Virus record (IMG/VR): IMGVR_UViG_3300021091_005099
Coordinates: 32,001 to 96,000 of that record
From: a virus
Direction: 5' to 3' (one strand)
Length of the DNA stretch: 64,000 nucleotides
Shown: one piece after another, positions 19,302 to 27,464 of the stretch
Numbering within the stretch: the first letter of the stretch is position 1
How the letters are laid out: every line of letters starts with the position of its first letter
Translations under genes and position numbers: made by a program
Notes under the pieces: generated by a model
Database searches by the model: none
What the model was told of the DNA's origin: nothing
What the model saw: the letters and a program-made list of their open reading frames with translations, nothing else

Positions 19302-20541
19302 AATTCACCGTCAATCCAAATGGTGCTTGTATATTTCTTTCCAGGCTGTTGTTGATCAGGAATATGGTGTCGCAATAGTCCTTGTCGCCCCAACTGTCGT
19401 AGGGCCAACCGTCTGTGAACATGATGAATTTCTTGGGCTCGATGCCCTCCTCCTTCATGTAATCCCAGTTGCACATGAAGTCAGTTCCGCCACCAGACCC
19501 CAGCTTGTAGTCCTTTAGTTCATCCTGGTTGTCGGGCGTGTAGATCACCGGATTGAATACCTTGGTGTCAAAGGACCAAAGATGTATGCGGAAGTCCTTG
19601 TACTGGTCCATAATGCCCTGCACCTCACTGAGGAATTCTCTGCACTGGTCATCGTCAATGGATCCCGATGCGTCGATCGCCAGGCAGATGTCAATTTTGT
19701 CTGTGTTGATCATGCCGGGCAGTATTGCGTCCATGTGCCAGCTCCTCCTGCTGGGTTTCATGAATGTGTAGTCGCTCTTCATTGTGCTCAATATCTGCTG
19801 TTGTATGATCTCTCTCCAGTTCATTTTCGGCTCAGTAAGCTGAGCCACCAATCTCTGTATGCTGCCGGGCAGGTTACCTGCTCCCGAGCTCTGTGCCGCG
19901 CTCAGCATGGCCTCCTTGATCTCGTCCTTGATCTTTTTCAGTTCCTCCTTGGTATAGACCGGCTGGCCTTGCTTGTTGGCACCACTGCCTTCACCTTGCT
20001 TATCCTTGCCATCACCTTGGCCATTTCCGTCCTTGTTCATTTGCAGGTGTTGATCAATCAATTCACCCAGTTTGTTCAAATTTATCTTATGCTTTTTCAC
20101 ATTCTTGTACAGCTCGTCATAGATCTTTTCTGCCGCCCAATCCTTGTATTTGTCATCCTGGAAACCTTTGTTTTCGCCCTTCTTGCCCTTGGGCATGTCG
20201 CCGATCTTGTAATCCACTAGTATCTGATTCACCGCATAGTCGCAGGCGATGTTCCAAATCTGTGGATCTCTGTCGCCAACACGCAGCAACATGTGCTCGA
20301 ACACATTGTGCAGTACCTCATGCCCAAACAGGAATTCAGTTTCTCTAGCGGAAAGGCTGTCTATGAATTTGATGTTATAGAAGAAGTGCCTGCCGTCTGT
20401 GGCAGCGGTGTCACACCACTTGTCAGCGTTCACGATCTTGAGCCTGGTGGCCAGGTTGCCGAAGAATGGATGCTTCAATAACAATGCTATCCTGGCGGTG
20501 ACCAGCTTGTCTATGATCTTTTGATCTGTGGCGAACATCAC
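19291..20541 (-). CDS. Putative metallopeptidase with C-terminal VWA domain (DUF2201-like)
   Basis: TAATDG, HEVLH (HExxH), WNIACDYAVN, MIDAS DASGS, GGGTDF, FTDG. Confidence 0.85.
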   Translation of the reverse strand: MMFATDQKIIDKLVTARIALLLKHPFFGNLATRLKIVNADKWCDTAATDGRHFFYNIKFIDSLSARETEFLFGHEVLHNVFEHMLLRVGDRDPQIWNIACDYAVNQILVDYKIGDMPKGKKGENKGFQDDKYKDWAAEKIYDELYKNVKKHKINLNKLGELIDQHLQMNKDGNGQGDGKDKQGEGSGANKQGQPVYTKEELKKIKDEIKEAMLSAAQSSGAGNLPGSIQRLVAQLTEPKMNWREIIQQQILSTMKSDYTFMKPSRRSWHMDAILPGMINTDKIDICLAIDASGSIDDDQCREFLSEVQGIMDQYKDFRIHLWSFDTKVFNPVIYTPDNQDELKDYKLGSGGGTDFMCNWDYMKEEGIEPKKFIMFTDGWPYDSWGDKDYCDTIFLINNSLERNIQAPFGLTVNYED

Positions 20542-21641
20542 TTTGACTCCATGGCAGTTATTACGTACTTGCCAAATTTTTTGTGGAATCTGTCGAATGA
20601 TTTAAGTTTGCTGGGATCGAATGGCAGCTTGTAGTTGGTCAGCGCTATCTTGGCTCCCATGACCACTAGTTCGGTCTCAAAATTGTCCATCATGTAGTCG
20701 AAGAAACGATCTGCCTTGTCATTCCAGTTCCTCTCCTTGTTGATGTGTGACTGTTGCAATTCGTAGCACAGGCTAACGGTGAGCGAATACATCGCTGATA
20801 TCTCCTTGGCCTTAAGGTCCTTGACCTTGCCGCTCAGTATGTCGGATGGGTTAGGTAGTTGGCCGCTAATTTTACGATGGTTCATAAACTTAACGGCCAG
20901 TCCCTCTCCTACTGCGCCCGCCACGAGGTCAGTGAGCGTACTTTCAGGCAGGCTGTCCGATAGAAGTTGGCTTACGAAACTCCATGATCTAGGAGTCGCG
21001 AAAGAGCGTGATGATCCCTTGGGATCAAAATCATATAAATCTTGTTTGGCGAATGTGACATAGCCCACCACGTCAGGGTGTATGTGGTGCATGGTAGCCC
21101 ACTGCATCCAGTCATCATAGTCCACTCGCAGTTCGATGTGTACGAACCTGTTGGCGAGCGGCGCTGGCATCCTGTAGGTCACTCCCTTGTCTGCGTCTCT
21201 GTTGCCCGCGGCCACAATGGCCACGCCCGCTGGCAGGTGATACTGCCCCACTCTGCGGTTGAGAATCAGCTGATATGCTGCCGCCTGCACAGCAGGCGCA
21301 GCGGAATTGAGTTCATCTAGGAATATAATATCGGTGGATTCGGGATTGGTTGGCAGCTCAGCTGGAGGAGCCCATACCATGTTGTTTTCCTTGGCATTGT
21401 AATAGGGGATACCTTTGATGTCAGTGGGTTCCCACAGAGGCAATCTTATGTCTATCACCTGTCTATCTTGGTCTTGTGCCACCTGTTTCACGATATCAGA
21501 TTTACCAATACCGGGAGCACCCCACATCATTAGTGGTCTCTTTAATTGTATGCAGTGCGATAATGCTGCCTTCGCCTCATTTGGAGTAACGGTTCTGTTT
21601 TGAGAGCCAACCGCTGTGCTCTTTTCCTTTTTGCTCACCAT
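20538..21641 (-). CDS. MoxR-like AAA+ ATPase
   Basis: Walker A GAPGIGKS, Walker B IFLDE, AAGN, LANRF, TPRSW. Confidence 0.88.
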   Translation of the reverse strand: MVSKKEKSTAVGSQNRTVTPNEAKAALSHCIQLKRPLMMWGAPGIGKSDIVKQVAQDQDRQVIDIRLPLWEPTDIKGIPYYNAKENNMVWAPPAELPTNPESTDIIFLDELNSAAPAVQAAAYQLILNRRVGQYHLPAGVAIVAAGNRDADKGVTYRMPAPLANRFVHIELRVDYDDWMQWATMHHIHPDVVGYVTFAKQDLYDFDPKGSSRSFATPRSWSFVSQLLSDSLPESTLTDLVAGAVGEGLAVKFMNHRKISGQLPNPSDILSGKVKDLKAKEISAMYSLTVSLCYELQQSHINKERNWNDKADRFFDYMMDNFETELVVMGAKIALTNYKLPFDPSKLKSFDRFHKKFGKYVITAMESK

Positions 21642-21674
21642 TTTTAGACCTCTCTACAATTTGTTTATACTACC

Positions 21675-21702
21675 ATTATAGCATAAAACCGTATAAGGTC
21701 AA
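21675..21702 (-). promoter_or_regulatory. Sigma70-like promoter with extended -10
   Basis: TTGACC-16 bp-TATAAT, with TG.TATAAT; GAGG RBS downstream. Confidence 0.6.
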
Positions 21703-21722
21703 GTTGATTTAACCAATTGATA

Positions 21723-22118
21723 TTATTGGCTTTTTTGCTCATCCGCCTTGCTCATGGCGCGGGCAAGCCCATATTTGGTCACGTCACCGGCAAACATCAT
21801 CAACTGAAGTGCCATTCTTTCCATTGTGACAGTGATCTGTTTCTTGTCCACATGATATGGGCAGTCCACAAATTCGTCCAACCATAGGAAGGTCTGTGGC
21901 GTGAAGATGATCTTGTCTGGGAACTTGATTGTGTAGATTTTGATCTCTAATTTTTTTACAATGTCAAGCCCCTGCTTGGTCAGTCGCAACGACCTAGCCT
22001 GATAGCTTTCTCTCACGTTCTGCCACCAAGTGTAATAACAGCTCTTGACAGTTTCCTCATGGTCGGGCTGATTCAGCAGTTGCATGAAGGTGCGAGTATA
22101 GGCGGTCTTGACGTCCAT
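21723..22118 (-). CDS. Hypothetical protein
   Basis: 131 aa; TAATTA box 5 nt upstream. Confidence 0.6.
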   Translation of the reverse strand: MDVKTAYTRTFMQLLNQPDHEETVKSCYYTWWQNVRESYQARSLRLTKQGLDIVKKLEIKIYTIKFPDKIIFTPQTFLWLDEFVDCPYHVDKKQITVTMERMALQLMMFAGDVTKYGLARAMSKADEQKSQ

Positions 22119-22126
22119 ACTGTTAA

Positions 22127-22414
22127 TTATCGCTTGAATTTTTCGCCGGACTTTAATAGGTACACGCCAAACTTGTCAGTCTTGTGCATGGTGTTGAGTT
22201 TCTTGGCCAGGTTCTCCGCATGTCCCGGGTTGGAAAAAGAAACTTTCTTGTACTTGGGACCTGGGTAATTGGAAACCAAGCTGGCACTTTTAAGATTGAT
22301 GGGTTTACCATCGTAAAATACCGCCCAGATTCCTTCCGCAGCGAGAACTTCTTCTTGCTTGTAGGTCTCTTTATTGCTGATAGTCAACAGCACTGTGGGT
22401 TTTGGTCTTGACAT
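22127..22414 (-). CDS. Hypothetical protein
   Basis: 95 aa, PKYKKVSFSNPGHA; TAAATA at 22427-22432 upstream. Confidence 0.65.
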   Translation of the reverse strand: MSRPKPTVLLTISNKETYKQEEVLAAEGIWAVFYDGKPINLKSASLVSNYPGPKYKKVSFSNPGHAENLAKKLNTMHKTDKFGVYLLKSGEKFKR

Positions 22415-22451
22415 AATCTATCAAGGTATTTACCAATTTTTACCAGATAGA

Positions 22452-22703
22452 TTATTTGCTGAACTTGCCGCCGTCCATTTCTATGTTGATCGTTTGAGCC
22501 TGCTGTGCTGTTTTCAATGCCTCGATCATATCTTCCTGCACAGACACTATTCTCATCATGGTTTGGCTCAAACTAGATGCCAAACGGTCGGCGTCTTGCA
22601 TGGTCAAAACAATACTTTTTTCCTGCTTGTTTTTGGCAGTGCGTACTCTGGCTATGAAGTCTTCAATGGGCTGAGTTTGCAGCTTGCTCTTTGATTGCGT
22701 CAT
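22452..22703 (-). CDS. Hypothetical protein
   Basis: 83 aa, ends with MDGGKF. Confidence 0.6.
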   Translation of the reverse strand: MTQSKSKLQTQPIEDFIARVRTAKNKQEKSIVLTMQDADRLASSLSQTMMRIVSVQEDMIEALKTAQQAQTINIEMDGGKFSK

Positions 22704-23175
22704 TTAATACCTGTTGCATTTCTATTTTGGTTTTGATAGGCCCTTTGTATGCATATCTCTGTAGTGTAATTACCTTGGGACAGTAGGCTTTCCTCCAACC
22801 TTTGGGGAAGCTGATGATATAATAGCCTGCACAAAACAAGCTGCGGCTTTTGGGTGTTTTGGTGTAAACGGGCAGTTGCTTTTGCACGTCAAACATGGAA
22901 TTGTAAGGCTGTTGTGAGCAAGTATAGCCATGCACCTGAAATTCCGTTTCGATGTGTGGCGCTTTATTTTCTGGCACTGTGATATCTGTGGCAAATATGC
23001 CTGAGCCAAATCGTGCGTACAGGCTTTCCTGTGTGGGATATTCCTGTCTTTGATCTTTCTTGCCCAGGAAGATCCAACCATTGTCGTCTTTTCTTTGCAG
23101 TGTGCCCAATTTCTGGCCATTCTCTTCTATGATCCAAAATTTATCTTTTACTAATATCTTTGCTCGCATGGTCAT
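22663..23175 (-). CDS. Hypothetical protein
   Basis: 170 aa, coupled to RNase H. Confidence 0.6.
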   Translation of the reverse strand: MTMRAKILVKDKFWIIEENGQKLGTLQRKDDNGWIFLGKKDQRQEYPTQESLYARFGSGIFATDITVPENKAPHIETEFQVHGYTCSQQPYNSMFDVQKQLPVYTKTPKSRSLFCAGYYIISFPKGWRKAYCPKVITLQRYAYKGPIKTKIEMQQVLNDAIKEQAANSAH

Positions 23176-24155
23176 GCCAACCTCGCATTGAACGGTTCCA
23201 CATACAACTGTGCCTGTTCCGTGATCTTCTGCAGGTCATATTTGGCACAGAATCTCATGAATCTTATACCCACTTGTGATATCTGTTTGTTTTCTGCTTT
23301 GGCCTGGACAATTGTTTGATCCAGTTCTTGTATTATGGCTTCGGGTTGTGCATGCAAGTCAACCAGCAATCTGTTGCGCTCGTAATCATCTATCACTCTG
23401 TGTTCAACCCCCTCAGGATCCATCCATTTGCTCAGCATGAGATTGTTCCAGGCATAACCTTTGTTGAGCCTATCCTCAAATGCTTCCAACAATCCCACTT
23501 TGTTTTTAGTGCCTTTTTTGCGCACTCCCGGGAAAGCTGAAAATATGTTGTCAGATGGATCGCCTCGCATGGCCTTTTCGAATATCGTCCATTCTGCACT
23601 CTCTGTTTTCTTGTGCTGTTTGGTTTTATTGTCGATCACAGGATTGCCTTTTTTATCAAAATAGCCCGCCACTGTGATGGTCTCTTCAGTGACACCATTG
23701 TACTGTCGAACATTTGGAGCTATCAGCTGATTGAGATCTTTGTCTGTGCTTATGATAACATGCTGTTGATCAGGATGCAGATCAATCCAACGAGCTATGA
23801 GATCGTCTGCCTCACATCTGCCATTTTGTAGCACCGTGACGTTGGTCTTGGTTCTTACGAAATCCACGAAATCATCATAGCACTCCCAGAACAGTTTGTT
23901 CTCTTCCTGCTCTGCCGCCGTCATTGCCTGCACTGTTTCTGCTCGATTCCTCTTATAGGGAGCATAGTGGTCTTTCCTCCAGCTGCGTCCCTCCAAACAG
24001 AATATTACGTGGGTGCCGTCAAAATCATTCCAGGCTTTCTTGATGGAATTTAGGGTGATGTGTATGGCCATGCCGATCTTTTCAGAAGCATCGCCACGTA
24101 TCACGTGCCTTGCTCGGAAAAAAGTGTTAGCGGTATCTACCAGTATGTGGGTCAT
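23172..24155 (-). CDS. rnh: T4 RNase H-like 5'-3' exonuclease (FEN family)
   Basis: ILVDTAN, SWRK...YKRNR, EADDLIA, STDKDLNQL, GDPSDNI. Confidence 0.88.
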   Translation of the reverse strand: MTHILVDTANTFFRARHVIRGDASEKIGMAIHITLNSIKKAWNDFDGTHVIFCLEGRSWRKDHYAPYKRNRAETVQAMTAAEQEENKLFWECYDDFVDFVRTKTNVTVLQNGRCEADDLIARWIDLHPDQQHVIISTDKDLNQLIAPNVRQYNGVTEETITVAGYFDKKGNPVIDNKTKQHKKTESAEWTIFEKAMRGDPSDNIFSAFPGVRKKGTKNKVGLLEAFEDRLNKGYAWNNLMLSKWMDPEGVEHRVIDDYERNRLLVDLHAQPEAIIQELDQTIVQAKAENKQISQVGIRFMRFCAKYDLQKITEQAQLYVEPFNARLA

Positions 24156-24157
24156 AC

Positions 24158-24460
24158 CTATGATACCTCAGTCTTGCCGTCATCTCTTCTATTGATTTGA
24201 ACATAACCTGCACCTGTTACATCCACACCTTGCTCGTTGCCGATGGTCCGGCAAAGGCTCTGAAACCAACGATCCACTATTTCCTCTTCAGATGCACCTT
24301 TGTAGCCATTCTGTTTCAACATATTCACAAACTCATTATTCCAATCCAATTCAAAGAATCCATTTCTTGGATTTTCTGGATTCACATTCACTTGCAGAAC
24401 CTTGACCATGGGCTCTTCGCTCTTTTCAACTTTTGTATTTTTTGTTTTTTTAACTTTCAT
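24158..24460 (-). CDS. Hypothetical protein
   Basis: 100 aa, GFFELDWN. Confidence 0.6.
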   Translation of the reverse strand: MKVKKTKNTKVEKSEEPMVKVLQVNVNPENPRNGFFELDWNNEFVNMLKQNGYKGASEEEIVDRWFQSLCRTIGNEQGVDVTGAGYVQINRRDDGKTEVS

Positions 24461-24466
24461 ATCCTT

Positions 24467-24495
24467 ATTTTACAACTGTTTTTGGAAAAAATCAA
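24467..24495 (-). promoter_or_regulatory. Sigma70-like promoter
   Basis: TTGATT-17 bp-TAAAAT; ATG 6 nt downstream. Confidence 0.55.
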
Positions 24496-24521
24496 TTGTT
24501 TTCCAATCCAAATTTACCAAA

Positions 24522-25382
24522 TTACGTTCCCCAAGCATTCTTGAACAATGGCACCTGTAATCTATCGCTGTATCTGTAGCCCATTTTCATTGCCAGCTCT
24601 GCAACTGTCCTGTTGTTCATGTGATACACGCTCTCCACACCACCCACGGGCATGAGATAAACGGAACCTCGGAATCCCGCTTTATTATATTCCTTTACGA
24701 CCTCTATGGCTTCATAGGCATCATTGATGTCAACGATCACAAATTTCAAGTACACATGTCCCACTTCACCATACTCCGCTACCACATCGGGCACAATGGC
24801 ATCTTCTCGCTTCTCGCCGCTCACGCTCAATTTTGCGCTCACAGAGAAAGTGATGCTATCTTTGTTCCTACCATGCCTGTGACTCCACTGTGAAAGATAT
24901 CGTTTGAAATCTTGATGAAGTCTCTGTGTGCCATTGGTCTCGAAAGTGATCTCTCTGAGGTCCTGCATCTTGCCGTGCTCCAGTAAATCAGGATATGCTC
25001 TCTGCCAGCCCAGCAATGGCTCGCCGCCCGTGAATATGAAATGCTCATCGACCCATCGCTTGTGTGGCAATATCTCCATGGTCCTCTCCACTATGGCGTC
25101 TGACGTCAGCATGGGAGACAGGTCCTTGAATCTAGGATCCCAGGAGGCATAGCTGTCACAGCCTGTGCTGACCAAAGGCAATTCTCGATAATCTTTGAAT
25201 GGGAATTTTTTATGTTGCTCGTACACCTTGTCATTTTCATCGCTCCTGACCCCTTTGGGTAGGCCGAACCCGGCACAGGTGAAGTTGCAGCCAAATGTTC
25301 GCAGGAATACCGAAGGCACGCCCATGTAGCGCCCCTCTCCCTGTATGCTGTAAAATAGTTCAGCTACTTTTATCTTGCTCAT
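24522..25382 (-). CDS. queE: 7-carboxy-7-deazaguanine synthase (radical SAM)
   Basis: ELFYSIQGEG, VFLRTFGCN, CDS, TGGEPLL, ETNGT, YLMP, RLQV. Confidence 0.9.
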   Translation of the reverse strand: MSKIKVAELFYSIQGEGRYMGVPSVFLRTFGCNFTCAGFGLPKGVRSDENDKVYEQHKKFPFKDYRELPLVSTGCDSYASWDPRFKDLSPMLTSDAIVERTMEILPHKRWVDEHFIFTGGEPLLGWQRAYPDLLEHGKMQDLREITFETNGTQRLHQDFKRYLSQWSHRHGRNKDSITFSVSAKLSVSGEKREDAIVPDVVAEYGEVGHVYLKFVIVDINDAYEAIEVVKEYNKAGFRGSVYLMPVGGVESVYHMNNRTVAELAMKMGYRYSDRLQVPLFKNAWGT

Positions 25383-25506
25383 GCAATGCCTCGACCGCTT
25401 CTAATATCTCTTCCACAGTGTATTTTCCCATTCTCTTTTTTTTAATTTCTGGGTCCTCATCTAAAGTGTACACTTCGTATTCGTTTTCGTCAATCTTGCT
25501 GTTCAT
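25360..25506 (-). CDS. 48-aa hypothetical protein (MNSKIDENEYEVY...; not in the ORF track)
   Basis: Fills the gap and overlaps both neighbours. Confidence 0.5.
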   Translation of the reverse strand: MNSKIDENEYEVYTLDEDPEIKKKRMGKYTVEEILEAVEALHEQDKSS

Positions 25507-25651
25507 ATATGAATTTTTTATTGCAATATCCGCAAATGACTTCGTTACTATTGCCTATTGTGTAAAATACAGTGGGGTGTCCACCCCAGTCGTCATCTCC
25601 AAAACATTTGATGTCTCTGGTGTTGACGACCTCGACAGCCTGTTCAGCCAT
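25490..25651 (-). CDS. zf-CHCC zinc-finger protein, 53 aa (not in the ORF track)
   Basis: MAEQAVEVVNTRDIKCFGDDDWGGHPTVFYTIGNSNEVICGYCNKKFIYEQQD: C-X8-H-X14-C-X2-C with GHP.V; TGATG coupling to the upstream gene. Confidence 0.8.
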   Translation of the reverse strand: MAEQAVEVVNTRDIKCFGDDDWGGHPTVFYTIGNSNEVICGYCNKKFIYEQQD

Positions 25652-26043
25652 CATCTTTTATCTTTTTTATCAAGCCTCACCACATTGCCGCTGCGGAAAT
25701 GGCCCACTGTCTCTCTTTGAATGTCATCATGATTGAACTCTGCCCAGTACAGTTCAAAGGCCACGCCGTCCTCTATTCCCTCGAAGAGATGGAAGTAGCC
25801 TGGCTTGACCTTGGTGAAATCGCCGGGTCCCAATATCGTCTCGTCGATGAGGTCCTGCTGGTCTCTCTGCCAGACCTTGATCTTCATCCGGCCTGACACC
25901 ACGTAGAATCCGTTCCACTTGTGTTTGTGCTGGTGTTTGCTGCACACTCCTCCCGCCCTGAAGTCGATGCGGTGGAATTCCAGCACGCCATTGGCGTGTA
26001 TCAGTTCGGTCTGTCCCCAGATCTTGCCGGCCTTATTTGACAT
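25651..26043 (-). CDS. Cupin domain protein
   Basis: KIWG, CSKHQH..KWNGFYV.SG, PG.FH.F. Confidence 0.75.
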   Translation of the reverse strand: MSNKAGKIWGQTELIHANGVLEFHRIDFRAGGVCSKHQHKHKWNGFYVVSGRMKIKVWQRDQQDLIDETILGPGDFTKVKPGYFHLFEGIEDGVAFELYWAEFNHDDIQRETVGHFRSGNVVRLDKKDKR

Positions 26044-26051
26044 ATCCACAC

Positions 26052-26080
26052 ATTTTAATTGTATTTAGATGATTTGTCAA
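26052..26080 (-). promoter_or_regulatory. Sigma70 promoter with nested late TAAATA box
   Basis: TTGACA-17 bp-TAAAAT; TAAATA at 26062-26067. Confidence 0.7.
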
Positions 26081-26107
26081 GGCAGGTGCTGGTAATGGCA
26101 CCTGCCT
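26080..26107. terminator. 10-bp perfect inverted repeat hairpin after yhhQ (terminator or processing site)
   Basis: AGGCAGGTGC-8 nt-GCACCTGCCT; no U-tract. Confidence 0.45.
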
Positions 26108-26113
26108 CATGAT

Positions 26114-26755
26114 CTATCCAACCAGTTTCCTCTGCAGCTTGTTCTGCAGATACATCAGCAACACTCCATACGCGGGCAAAAAGATTATGAATCCCACAAT
26201 GATTTTGACCAAGGTGTTGTTGAAGGCCACCGCATGCACCCACGGCTGCGGATAGAACGCAGTGTAGAAGAATGTGTAGGTGTCAATGATGTTGGCCGCC
26301 ACAGTGCTGAGGGCCGGAGCCAGCCACCAGTTGCTGGTCCACTTCTCACGTATGTACTGCATCACGTAAACGTCCAGCATGGTGCCCACTGCATATGCGG
26401 TGCCGGATGCCACGCCCACTCTGATTGCGTGTGGGTCCTTCAATATAAGAAGCACAGCCACCGACGCCACTATGGCGGGCAGCATGGCCATGGCCACCAC
26501 CGCCCTGGCGGTGTGCTTGCCCACCAACCGCACGGTGAGATCGCTTGCGACCACCACCAGCGGGAACGTGAAGGCCGCAGCTGCCAATGGGAAGCTGGTC
26601 TGCCAGCCCAGTATGTTGATCTTTTCTGCAAAGAGATTGAAGCGTATGGTCACAAGATAATTGCTAATAGCAATGATCACTGTGTGGAATATCACCAAAT
26701 TCCGCAACAGGCCACGGTCAACATCTTTCAACAGATTGTTTAGATAGTTTGTCAT
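26114..26755 (-). CDS. yhhQ: YhhQ/VUT-family preQ0/preQ1 (queuosine precursor) transporter
   Basis: Multi-TM; IAISNYLV, AFTFP...SDLTVR..G...AR, AYAVG..LDV, WW.AP..ST...N.IDT..FF; AGGAG RBS. Confidence 0.85.
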   Translation of the reverse strand: MTNYLNNLLKDVDRGLLRNLVIFHTVIIAISNYLVTIRFNLFAEKINILGWQTSFPLAAAAFTFPLVVVASDLTVRLVGKHTARAVVAMAMLPAIVASVAVLLILKDPHAIRVGVASGTAYAVGTMLDVYVMQYIREKWTSNWWLAPALSTVAANIIDTYTFFYTAFYPQPWVHAVAFNNTLVKIIVGFIIFLPAYGVLLMYLQNKLQRKLVG

Positions 26756-26766
26756 GTTTCTCCTTT

Positions 26767-27234
26767 TTAGGTTTGCCATTCCTCCCATGGAAAGACCACC
26801 CACTGCGGCTGTAGACTTTTGTCAATCTCGTAGCCCTGGTAGTCCATTTTGACAGGCGATGGTTTGTTATTGACCACAGCAGCAAAACGCACACGCTCAG
26901 GTTTTCCAAAGTTGTCCACGATGTATTGGAACGTGGCTCCGGTGTCGTTGATGTCGTCAATGATCAAAATCTTTTTCTGAAATGCGTATTCTTTTTCCAG
27001 CACAGAGAGGTTGGGCTTGACTGCATGATCCCTCAGTCGCACGTCCAGCACTGCGTGCTCCTTTTTCAATCTATGTGATAGGTACACTCCTGGCACGCAG
27101 CCACCTCTGTTGATGCCCAGTATAATGCTAGGCATCCACATGGAATGCACCAGCTGATCCTCAATTTGAGTCAGTGCCTGGCGCATCTGCAGTGTGGTAA
27201 AATAAGTTTTTTGCACAGTATCAACCGCTGTCAT
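26767..27234 (-). CDS. Purine (xanthine-guanine type) phosphoribosyltransferase
   Basis: GINRGG, PRPP loop LIIDDINDTGAT, WVVFPWE. Confidence 0.85.
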   Translation of the reverse strand: MTAVDTVQKTYFTTLQMRQALTQIEDQLVHSMWMPSIILGINRGGCVPGVYLSHRLKKEHAVLDVRLRDHAVKPNLSVLEKEYAFQKKILIIDDINDTGATFQYIVDNFGKPERVRFAAVVNNKPSPVKMDYQGYEIDKSLQPQWVVFPWEEWQT

Positions 27235-27464
27235 TTTAATAGTAATCCTGCCACGTAGATGGCTGTTAATCCTGCATTAAGTGCTATTAGACTGCGTTCT
27301 TGCCACAGTATGCCCACTAGCACCCATATGCCATTGGCCACGCAAAATAGATACACATATACCGGAAACACGTTGAAGGCTGCCAGCGTGGCGGCGCACA
27401 ACAGAACCACTGTTCCGATCCAGGCCAGCGATTGGTAAGGTTTGGTTGGTAATTTACTTGCCAT
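27231..27464 (-). CDS. Small membrane protein
   Basis: 77 aa, about 3 hydrophobic segments. Confidence 0.6.
   Translation of the reverse strand: MASKLPTKPYQSLAWIGTVVLLCAATLAAFNVFPVYVYLFCVANGIWVLVGILWQERSLIALNAGLTAIYVAGLLLK

Noticed and set aside
26756-26803. preQ1 riboswitch upstream of yhhQ
   Set aside because: Only 11 nt separate yhhQ from the PRTase gene, and no preQ1 aptamer consensus is visible
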